NCBI RefSeq assembly: GCF_963921235.1
Contig: NC_086097.1
Span: forward strand, 98,892,001 to 98,956,000
Reading direction: 5' to 3'
Source of the DNA: Mobula hypostoma
Taxonomy: Eukaryota
DNA length: 64,000 nucleotides
A model generated the notes under the pieces. The model did not search any database and was not told where the DNA came from. It worked only from the letters and a program-made list of their open reading frames with translations. The translations under genes and the position numbers were made by a program. This document shows positions 50,489 through 62,099 of the stretch, piece after piece; position 1 is the stretch's first letter, and every line of letters begins with the position of its first letter.

Positions 50489-50804
50489 CTGCGTACAACA
50501 AAGCAATGCCCACAGCTTCAACCAGGGATGTTTAAAATAAATAGGACATCATTCACAGCTTAGGTAACAAGTCTAGACACATCACACATGTCTTAGTTTG
50601 CAGGGGCTAAATGGAACAGAGCATTGCAAAGTTCTTGGTAGAAGTCATCATGTAGACACAGAAGCCCATAAAATGGATCTGGTGTCACCCACAGTTTAAA
50701 TGGAAAAGGGCATCTTCAAGAGCTCAACACGGTTGTTACTGTTGGCGTAGCTCAGGTAGCTGAAGAAAGAGCGTCTCCTCCTTCTCCCAGATATCTCCTC
50801 AGTG

Positions 50805-53800
50805 TCTCCTTTGTCAGATTGCTGTTCGTGGGCTTCAGTTCTGCTTTTAATACAATCATTCTCCAGAAGCTGGTGGGAAAACTGTCCATGTTCGGTCTCA
50901 ATACCTCCTTCTGTAACTGGATATTGGACTTCCTGACAAAGAGACCCCAGACAGTTTGGATTGGCAGCCAACAGCCCTGCCTCCATCACGCTGAGCACTG
51001 GCACCCCCAGGGCTGCTGGTCACACTACTGTCAGACCCAGTTCCAATCACATCATTGTGCTCACCAACGACACAACAGTGGTTGGCCGACTCAGCAACAG
51101 TGATGAAGCAGCTTACAGGGAGAAGACAGAGCAGCTTGTGGACTGGAGTAAGCACAACAACCTGAGTCTTAATGTGGACAAGACTAAAGAGATGATTGTG
51201 GACTTCAGGAGGGTGCAGGCTGACCACTCCCTACTTCAATGGCTGCTCTGTAAACAGAGCCGGGAGCACTATGTTTCTTTGTGTGCGTGTTACCAATGAT
51301 CGAACTCAGTTCTTCATCATCACCTCTTTGGTCAAGAGAGCACAGCAACGTCTCTGCTTCCTGAGGACTGAGGTGAACAAAGATTCACCCTCCCCCCCAT
51401 CCTCACCACATTCCACTGGAGCAGCTGCATCACCGTCTGCATTGGGAATTTGGGAATAGTGATGCATCAGACGCACGGTTAGTGAAAACTCCATTGGGGT
51501 CTCTCTCCATCCTAATTCAGGACACATATCAGAGCGCCTCCAGCATTGCCAAAGACCATCTCTTTAACCTCCTGCCATCAGGCCGAAGGTACCGCAGTAT
51601 TAGAACTACAACTCTTAGGCAGGGTAACAGCTTCTTCCCCAAGGCTGGTAGACTTCTTCACAGCCTACTACCCCTCAGCACACATGAACACCCTGTCTGA
51701 ATGCACTGGTGCCCTCCCCTCCCTCTCCCCATTTCCCCAGATCACAGGCACACCCTCATCCTGCTCTGGTCACTTCTCATCTTTCATTGCTGCTGTTTCA
51801 TTATGATAGTGCCAGTAGCACCTTGCACTTTATGTCAACCTTCAGGCCATGTCATTCGGGGACTAGTGCTAATATTATTTTGTAATACTGTACGTGCTGG
51901 ATCGTAACTATATGTGCTGTGTGTGACTATACGTGCTGTGTGTGACTATATGGACTGGGTGTGACTATATGGACTGGGTGTGACTATACATGCTGTGTGT
52001 GACTATACGGACTGTGTGTGACGATATGTGCTGTGTATGACTATATGGGCTGTATGTGACTATACGGACCGTGTGTGACTATACGGGCTGTGTGTGACTA
52101 TACGGGCTGTGTGTGACTATATATGCTGTGTGTGACTATATGTGCTGTGTGTGACTATATGGACTGTGTGTGACTATCTATGCTGTGTGTGACTATATGG
52201 GCTGTGTGTGACTCTATGGGCTGTGTGTAACTATATGGGCTGTGTGTGACTATATGGGCTGTGTGTGACTATATGGACTGTGACTATATGGGCTGTGTGT
52301 GACTATATGTGCTGTGTGTGACTATACGGACTGTGTGTGACTATATGTGCTGTGTGTGACTATACGGACTGTGTGTGACTATATGTGCTGTGTGTGACTA
52401 TATGGGCTGTGTGTGACCATATGGACTGTGTGTGACTATATGTGCTGTGTGTGACTATATGGGCTGTGTGTGACCATATGGACTGTGTGTGACTATATGG
52501 GCTGTGTGTGACTATATGGACTGTGTGTGACTATACGTGCTGTGTGTGACTATATGTGCTGTGTGTGACTATATGGACTGTGTGTGACTATACGTGCTGT
52601 GTGTGACTATACGTGCTGTGTGTGACTATATGGACTGTGTGTGACTATAAGTGCTGTGTGTGACTATATGGGCTGTGTGTGACTATATAGACTGTGTGTG
52701 ACTATATGTGCTGTGTGTGACTATACGGACTGTGTGTGACTATATGTGCTGTGTGTGACTATATGGGCTGTGTGTGACCATATGGACTGTGTGTGACTAT
52801 ATGTGCTGTGTGTGACTATATGGGCTGTGTGTGACCATATGGACTGTGTGTGACTATATGGGCTGTGTGTGACTATATGGACTGTGTGTGACTATACGTG
52901 CTGTGTGTGACTATATGTGCTGTGTGTGACTATATGGACTGTGTGTGACTATACGTGCTGTGTGTGACTATACGTGCTGTGTGTGACTATATGGACTGTG
53001 TGTGACTATAAGTGCTGTGTGTGACTATATGGACTGTGTGTGACTATATTGGCTGTGTGTGACTATACGGACTGTGTGTGACTATATGTGCTGTGTGTGA
53101 CTATATGGGCTGTATGTGACTATATGTGCTGTGTGTGACTATATGTGCTGTGTGTGACTATATGGACTGTGTGTGACTATACGTGCTGTGTGTGACTATA
53201 TGTGCTGTGTGTGGCTATATGGGCTGTGTGTGACTATATGGGCTGTATGTGACTATATGGACTGTGTGTGACTATATGGACTGTGTGTGACTATATGTGC
53301 TGTGTGTGACTATATGGACTGTGTGTGACTATATGTGCTGTGTGTGACTATATGGACTGTGTGTGACTATACGTGCTGTGTGTGACTATATGTGCTGTGT
53401 GTGACTATATGGACTGTGTGTGACTATATGTGCTGTGTGTGACTATATGGACTGTGTGTGACTATATGTGCTGTGTGTGACTATACGGACTGTGTGTGAC
53501 TATATGTGCTGTGTGTGACTATATGGGCTGTATGTGACTATATGTGCTGTGTGTGACCATATGGACTGTGTGTGACTATATGGGCTGTGTGTGACTATAT
53601 GGACTGTGTGTGACTATATGTGCTGTGTGTGACTATATGTGCTGTGTGTGACTATATGGACTGTGTGTGACTATATGGGCTGTGTGTGACTATACGTGCT
53701 GTGTGTGACTATATGTGCTGTGTGTGACTATATGGACTGTGTGTGACTATACGTGCTGTGTGTGACTATATGGGCTGTGTGTGACTATATGTGCTGTGTG

Positions 53801-56800
53801 TGACTATATGGACTGTGTGTGACTATATGGACTGTGTGTGACTATATGGGCTGTGTGTGACTATACGTGCTGTGTGTGACTATATGTGCTGTGTGTGACT
53901 ATATGGACTGTGTGTGACTATACGTGCTGTGTGTGACTATGTGTGTGACTATACGTGCTGTGTGTGACTATATGGACTGTGTGTATATGTGCTGTGTGTG
54001 ACTATATGGACTGTGTGTGACTATATGTGCTGTGTGTGACTATATGGACTGTGTGTGACTATATGGGCTGTGTGTGACTATATGGACTGTGTGTGACTAT
54101 ATGGGCTGTGTGTGACTATATGGGCTGTGTGTGACTATATGGGCTGTGTGTGACTATATGGACTGTGTGTGACTATATGTGCTGTGTGTGACTATATGGA
54201 CTGTGTGTGACTATATGTGCTGTGTGTGACTATATGGACTGTGTGTGACTATACGTGCTGTGTGTGACTATATGGACTGTGTGTATATGTGCTGTGTGTG
54301 ACTATATGGACTATGTGTATATGTGCTGTGTGTGACTATATGGACTGTGTGTGACTATATGGGCTGTGTGTGACTATATGGACTGTGTGTGACTGTACGT
54401 GTTGTGTGTGACTATATGTGCTGTGTGTGTCTATATGGACTGTGTGTGACTATACGTGCTGTGTGTGACTATACGGGCTGTGTGTGACTATACATGTTGT
54501 GTGTGACTATATGGACTGTGTGTGACTATACGTGCTGTGTGTGACTATACGGGCTGTGTGTGACAATATGTGCTGTGTGTGACTATATGTGCTGTGTGTG
54601 ACTATATGTGCTGTGTGTGACTATATGGACTGTGTGTGACTATAAGTGCTGTGTGTGACTATATGGACTGTGTGTGACTATATGGACTGTGTGTGACTAT
54701 CTATGCTGTGTGTGACTATATGGGCTGTGTGTGACTCTATGGGCTGAGTGTGACTATATGGGCTGTGTGTGACTATATGGACTGTGTGTGACTATAAGGA
54801 CTGCGTGTGACTATACCGGTTGTGTGTGACTATACGTGCTGTGTGTGACTATATGGACTGTGTGTGACTATATGTGCTGTGTGTGACTATATGTGCTGTG
54901 TGTGACTATATGTGCTGTGTGTGACTATATCGGCTGTGTGTGACTATATGTGCTGTGTGTGACTATATGGGCTGTGTGTGACTATACGTGCTGTGTGTGA
55001 CTATATGGACTGTGTGTGACTATATGTGCTGTGTGTGACTATATCGGCTGTGTGTGACTATATGTGCTGTGTGTGACTATATCGGCTGTGTGTGACTATA
55101 TGTGCTGTGTGTGACTATATGGGCTGTGTGTGACTATACGTGCTGTGTGTGACTATATGGGCTGTGTGTGACTATATGGGCTGTGTGTGACTATACGGGT
55201 GTGTGTGACTATATGGACTGTGTGTGACTATATGTGCTGTGTGTGACTATATGGGCTGTGTGTGACTATATGGGCTGTATGTGACTATATGGACTGTGTG
55301 TGACTATATGTGCTGTGTGTGACTATATGGACTGTGTGTGACTATATGGGCTGTGTGTGACTATATGGACTGTGTGTGACTATATGTGCTGTGTGTGACT
55401 ATATGGGCTGTGTGTGACTATATGGACTGTGTGTGACTATATGGGCTGTGTGTGACTATACGTGCTGTGTGTGACTATATGTGCTGTGTGTGACTATATG
55501 GACTGTGTGTGACTATACGTGCTGTGTGTGACTATGTGTGTGACTATACGTGCTGTGTGTGACTATATGGACTGTGTGTATATGTGCTGTGTGTGACTAT
55601 ATGGACTATGTGTATATGTGCTGTGTGTGACTATATGGACTGTGTGTGACTATATGGGCTGTGTGTGACTATATGGACTGTGTGTGACTATATGTGCTGT
55701 GTGTGACTATATGGACTGTGTGTGACTATATGTGCTGTGTGTGACTATATGGACTGTGTGTGACTATATGGGCTGTGTGTGACTATATGGACTGTGTGTG
55801 ACTATATGTGCTGTGTGTGACTATATGTGCTGTGTGTGACTATATGGACTGTGTGTGACTATATGTGCTGTGTGTGACTATATGGGCTGTGTGTGACCAT
55901 ATGGACTGTGTGTGACTATATGGGCTGTGTGTGACTATATGGACTGTGTGTGACTATATGTGCTGTGTGTGAATATATGGGCTGTGTGTGACCATATGGA
56001 CTGTGTGTGACTATATGGGCTGTGTGTGACTATATGGACTGTGTGTGACTATATGTGCTGTGCGTGACTATATGGGCTGTGTGTGACCATATGGACTGTG
56101 TGTGACTATATGGGCTGTGTGTGACTATATGGACTGTGTGTGACTGTACGTGTTGTGTGTGACTATATGTGCTGTGTGTGTCTATATGGACTGTGTGTGA
56201 CTATACGTGCTGTGTGTGACTATACGGGCTGTGTGTGACTATACATGTTGTGTGTGACTATATGGACTGTGTGTGACTATACGTGCTGTGTGTGACTATA
56301 CGGGCTGTGTGTGACAATATGTGCTGTGTGTGACTATATGTGCTGTGTGTGACTATATGTGCTGTGTGTGACTATATGGACTGTGTGTGACTATAAGTGC
56401 TGTGTGTGACTATATGGACTGTGTGTGACTATATGGACTGTGTGTGACTATCTATGCTGTGTGTGACTATATGGGCTGTGTGTGACTCTATGGGCTGAGT
56501 GTGACTATATGGGCTGTGTGTGACTATATGGACTGTGTGTGACTATAAGGACTGCGTGTGACTATACCGGTTGTGTGTGACTATACGTGCTGTGTGTGAC
56601 TATATGGACTGTGTGTGACTATATGTGCTGTGTGTGACTACATCGGCTGTGTGTGACTATATGTGCTGTGTGTGACTATATCGGCTGTGTGTGACTATAT
56701 GTGCTGTGTGTGACTATATGGGCTGTGTGTGACTATACGTGCTGTGTGTGACTATATGGACTGTGTGTGACTATATGTGCTGTGTGTGACTATATCGGCT

Positions 56801-59195
56801 GTGTGTGACTATATGTGCTGTGTGTGACTATATCGGCTGTGTGTGACTATATGTGCTGTGTGTGACTATATGGGCTGTGTGTGACTATACGTGCTGTGTG
56901 TGACTATATGGGCTGTGTGTGACTATATGGGCTGTGTGTGACTATACGGGTGTGTGTGACTATATGGACTGTGTGTGACTATATGTGCTGTGTGTGACTA
57001 TATGGGCTGTGTGTGACTATATGGGCTGTATGTGACTATATGGACTGTGTGTGACTATACGTGCTGTGTGTGACTATGTGTGTGACTATACGTGCTGTGT
57101 GTGACTATGTGGACTGTGTGTATATGTGCTGTGTGTGACTATATGGACTGTGTGTGACTATATGGACTGTGTGTGACTATACGTGCTGTGTGTGACTATA
57201 TGGTCTGTGTGTGACTATGCGGACTGTGTGTGACTATATGTGCTGTGTGTGACTATACGGGCTGTGTGTGACTATATGGACTGTGTGTGACTATATATAC
57301 TGTGTGTGACTATATGTGCTGTGGGTGACTCTATGGGCTGTGTGTGACTATATGGACTGTGTGTGACTATATATGCTGTGTGTAACTATATGGGCTGTGT
57401 GTGACTATATGGGCTGTGTGTGACTATACGGGCTGTGTGTGACTATACAGACTGTGTGTGACTATACAGACTGTGTTTGAATATACGGGCTGCCTGTGAC
57501 TATACGGGTCGTCTGTGACTATAAGGACTGTGTGTGACTATATGGGCTGTGTGTGACTATATGGGCTGTGTGCGACTATAAGGACTGTGTGTGACTATAT
57601 GGGCTGTGTGTGACTATATGGGCTCTGTGTGAGTATATGGACTGTGTGTGAGTATATGGACTGTGTGTGACTATACAGGCTGTGTGTGACTATATGGGCT
57701 TTGTGTGACTATACAGACTGTGTGTGACTATACAGACTGTGTTTGAATATACGGGCTGCCTGTGACTATACGGGTCATCTGTGACTATAAGGACTGTGTG
57801 CGACTATATGGACTTTGTGTGACTATATGGGCTGTGTGCGACTATAAGGACTGTGTGTGACTATATGGACTGTGTGTGACTATATCTGCTGCGTGTGACT
57901 ATATGGGCTGTGTGTGACTATATGGGCTCTGTGTGAGTATATGGACTGTGTGTGACTATACAGGCTGTGTGTGACTATATGGACTGTGTGTGATTATACA
58001 TGTTGTGTGTGACTATATGGGCTGTGTGTAACTATATGGACTGTGTGTGACTATATGTGCTGTGTGTGACTATATGGGCTGTGTGTGACTCTATGGGCTG
58101 TGTGTGACTATATATGCTGTGTGTAACTATATGGGCTGTGTGTGACTATATGGACTGTGTGTGACTATATGGACTGTGTGTGACTATATGGGCTGTGTGT
58201 GACTATACGTACTGTGTGTGACTATATGGTCTGTGTGTGACAATATGGACTGTGTGTGACTATATGGGCTGTGTGTGACTATATGGACTGTGTGTGACTA
58301 TATGGACTGTGTGTGACTATACGTACTGTGTGTGACTATATGGTCTGTGTGTGACTATACAGACTGTGTGTGACTATATAGACTGTGTTTGAATATACAG
58401 GCTGCCTGTGACTATACGGGTCGTCTGTGACTATAAGGACTGTGTGTGATTATATGGACTGTGTGTGACTATATGGGCTGTGTGCGACTATAAGAACTGT
58501 GTGTGACTATATGGGCTGTGTACGACTATAAGGACTGTGTGTGACTATATGGACTGTGTGTGACTATATCTGCTGCGTGTGACTATATGGGCTGTGTGTG
58601 ACTATATGGGCTCTGTGTGAGTATATGGACTGTGTGTGACTATACAGGCTGTGTGTGACTATATGGACTGTGTGTGATTATACGTGTTGTGTGTGACTAT
58701 ATGGGCTGTGTGTAACTATATGGGCTGTGTGTGACTATAAGGACTGTGTGTAACTATATGAACTGTGTGTGACTATATGGACTGTGTGTGACTATATGGA
58801 CTGGGTGTGACTATACATGCTGTGTGTGACTCTCCGGGCTGTGTGTGACTATATGGGCTGTGTGTGACTATACGGGCTGTGTGTGACTATATGTGCTGTG
58901 TGTGACTATATGAGCTGTGTGTGAATATATGGACTGTGTGTGACTATATGGACTGTGTATAACTATACGGGCTGTGTGTGACTCTATGGACTGTGTGTGA
59001 CTATACGGGCTGTGTGTTACTATACATGTGTGTGACTATATGGACTGTGTGTGACTATATGGGCTGTGTGTGATTATATGGACTGTGTGTGACTATATGG
59101 ACTGTGTTTTTCACCTTCGCCCTAGATGATTGATGTTTCATTTAGCTGTATACTGTACATATGTATAATTGATTGACAATAAACTTGAACTTGAC
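50805..59195 (+). mobile_element. Decayed L2-clade LINE whose 3' UTR is expanded by a 7-kb satellite
   Basis: RT fragments [12 protein letters not shown]...[26 protein letters not shown] and LLPSGRRYRSI; the terminal aataaa(cttgaa)n tail resumes at about 59178-59195. Confidence 0.75.
51905..59107. repeat. 19-bp tandem satellite, about 380 copies (7.2 kb)
   Basis: Unit ctgtgtgtgactatatgga, with gga/ggg/gtg and tat/tac variants. Confidence 0.98.
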
Positions 59196-59304
59196 ATTTA
59201 AAACTTGAAGCTTTATTCTTTATCTAATGATGTCGTAAGAGTCTTTCAGTGTTTGTGGCCACAGTCTAAAGGGAACATCCAACATTTACAGTTGCTGCCT
59301 TGAC

Positions 59305-59477
59305 GATGTTGCATGGACAGTGTAGAGTGTGCTTTCCCATCTTCTCAGCTCAGTCACCGTATCTTGGGAAACACCTGATGAGAGTGTAGATGTTGCATGG
59401 ACAATGTAGAGTGTGCTCTCCCAACTTCTCAGCTCAGTCACCGTATCTTGGGAAACACCTGATGAGAGTGTAGATGT
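59305..59477. repeat. 84-bp tandem duplication
   Basis: gatgttgcatggaca...gatgagagtgta starts at 59305 and again at 59389. Confidence 0.9.
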
Positions 59478-59949
59478 GGCTTTATTCTACATCCAAATGG
59501 TCACTAAAATGCTGGAAACACTCAGCAGGTTAGGCAGTAACTGGGGAAAGAGAAGCTGTTAAGATTTCAGCTGAGAGATCCTTCATCAGAACAGCTCAAT
59601 AAAGGATCCCAGTCTCTCTTTCTGCTGTCTGACTTGCTGAGTGTTTTCAACATTTTCTGCTTTTATCTCAGACTTGTGTCTTCTGCAGTCTTTTGACTTT
59701 CAGATACTGATCCTAACCTGATGAGACAGCATGGAGGGAACACTACTCTGTGTCTAACTTGTGTTGTTCTTCTTCAGAGAGTGATCAATGCATTCCTTTC
59801 TATAACGTCAACCTCCCTCTGTTTGATAGGAATTATGCGTGCAATGTAATTGCTGAGTAGATAGATTAATTCTGATAAAAGGATCAATGCTGAACTGGGC
59901 AGGGAGCAGCTTAATCCCCTGACATTGATACCCAGCCATGAAGACTCAC

Positions 59950-60036
59950 CTTCAAACTCTCAGTCCTGTTCGCATAGAAGCAGAGAACTTGCTTTGCTAG
60001 AGTCACGAAACAGGTATCCCAGGCTTTGGGGTCAGT
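59950..60036 (-). CDS. SPTBN5: Spectrin PH domain exon (TDPKAWDTCFVTLAKQVLCFYANRTESLK)
   Basis: ttttacatttag| ... |gtgagt, 87 bp, phase 0 to 0; W......L....L.FY pattern of PH strands beta2-beta3. Confidence 0.88.
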
Positions 60037-60180
60037 CTAAATGTAAAATTAAAGTTAGAATCAACAAGAAAGAAACTTAATTTTAAATAGACTTAGAGCC
60101 ACCAAAATGCTTTTGATTTGTTGTCACTGCTTTGTATCTGCAACACACAAGAACCAACTTCCAAACGTTAGGCTTCTATA

Positions 60181-60878
60181 TGTACCTAATAAAGTGGCCA
60201 CTGAGTGCATTTCTGTATGTGTGTGCTCTTCTACACAAAATAATCTGCAGATGCTGGGGTCAAAGCAACACTCAGAACACGCTGGAGGAACTCAGCAGGT
60301 CGGGCAGCATCCGTGGAAAAGATCGGTCGACGTTTCGGGCTGGAACCCTTCATCAGGACTGTCTGGCCCGAAACGTCGACTGATCTTTTCCATGGATGCT
60401 GCCCGACCTGCTGAGTTCCTCCAGCGTGTTGTGTGTGTGTGATCTTCTGCTGCTGTCGCCCATCCACTTCAGGTTCAACGAGTTGTGCGTTCAGAGATGC
60501 TCTTATTTGAGTGACTGTCACCTTCCTGTCAGCTTGAACCAGACTGGCCATTCTCCCCTGACCTCTCTCATTAACAAAGTGTTTTCACTCACAGAACTGC
60601 CACTCACTGGATGTTTTTTTTTTGTTTTTGCACCATTCTCTGTAAACTCTAGAGACTATTGTGTGTGAAAATCCCAGAAAATACTGAGATACTCAAACCA
60701 CCTAGTCTGGCACCAATAATCATTCCACAGTCAAGGTCACTTAGCTCACATTTCTTCCTCAATCTGATGTTTGGTCTGAACCTCTTGACCATGACTGCAT
60801 GCTTTTATGCATTGAGTCACTGATTAGATATTTGCATTAAAGAGCAGGTGTACCTAATAAAGTGGCCACTGACTGTAT
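60181..60878 (-). mobile_element. Non-autonomous Tc1-derived element carrying a palindromic Penelope insert (~60235-60440)
   Basis: gtacctaataaagtggccactga occurs at both ends; Tc1 N-terminal remnant (LVQADRKVTVTQI) on the - strand; inverted arms acgctggaggaactcagcagg / cctgctgagttcctccagcgt. Confidence 0.7.
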
Positions 60879-61675
60879 ATTAAGAATGTGTTTATCTCTA
60901 GGTTCACAAGGGGAAAGCTTCTTCAAGGGGTGTTGTGGGACCTTTTACATCCCCCAGAGACCACGGGTAGTTTAATATTCAAAATATTATGGTTGTGATG
61001 GTGCTGTATGATAGAGGTGTCCTGACAATGCCAGACCCTGTAAAGTTTCTGGAGTGGGATTTGAACCGAGAACCTCGCTCAGATGTGAGAGTACTACTAC
61101 AGCTCAAGAGAGAATGAAATTAAACTGTGGACAGTGTCTTCTGTCCCTTTAGCCTAAGGATAAATGTCACACAAAAAGATAGCTCAACAACCTGAGTTAT
61201 ATACAGTGTTAGAAAGCTGCTTCACGTGAGCATTATCAAATGACATTTGACTCTGGGAGATATTAGGGCAAATAGTCAGAAGCTTGTCAAATCGTTGAGG
61301 TTTACTGAGCATCTTAGAGAGATAAAGAGAGAGGGACGTGCTGGGGCTTGGACACGGAATTTCAGTTCTCAATCTTGGCAGCTGAAGATATGGCGACCTG
61401 ACGTGGAACTCCTGAAGTAAGAGGACAGAGATGGACTGCTGATTTCTGACAGAGTTACGGGATAAAACGCGGGCTTTCCGATGCAGGAGCCACAACCGTG
61501 ACATTAACACTTGCCACATTAAAGTTGGTTGGCATGAAAAGGGTCCTACCATCTTGGAGCAGGTGTTACAGGAAGCTTCACCGTGTAAATGGCCATCTTT
61601 TAATTTACCTGGAGTGTAAGTGGAGCTTCAGAAAAGAGTTAATTATTGCTTTCCACCCCTCTCATCAGTTTCTAC

Positions 61676-61747
61676 CTTAGTCCCATCGGATTGCAGGATA
61701 TGCTTCCAGCAGAGTGTGCCCTCCATGGTCTGGAATTCTGCAACATC
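61676..61747 (-). CDS. SPTBN5: Spectrin exon with the PH domain start (DVAEFQTMEGTLCWKHILQSDGTK); the gene continues beyond the window end
   Basis: tttacttttcattag| ... |gtagaa, 72 bp, phase 0 to 0; MEG.L..KH motif of beta-spectrin PH. Confidence 0.88.
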
Positions 61748-62099
61748 CTAATGAAAAGTAAAAGAAAGAACTCACACTTAACATCACCACTGATGTTCTA
61801 ATGTAACTTACAGGTAAAAAAGTTAATCCTTAAGAGCTGTCACTTCTGCATTGTGACAAATGTAGTAACCAACCTTTATATTTTGAAGTTTCTCAAAGAG
61901 GTAAACACCTGGGAAGAGTCACATATGGGAAGGGACACCTGGGAGAAACCTCTTTCTCCTCAGGTGCGATTTTCCACCAGAGTAAACGGGTGGGACTTCC
62001 ACTTACTGATGTGGCAGCCTGTCACGTGATCAAAGCTTGGAGTGCGACGTGTGATTCGGAGCAAGAAGGCTGCGAGTGAACGGCTGTTATCCGGAGCAA

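Noticed and set aside
50696..50800. ORF end resembling coding sequence ([15 protein letters not shown])
   Set aside because: No convincing splice sites, and the flanking PH exons already join in phase.
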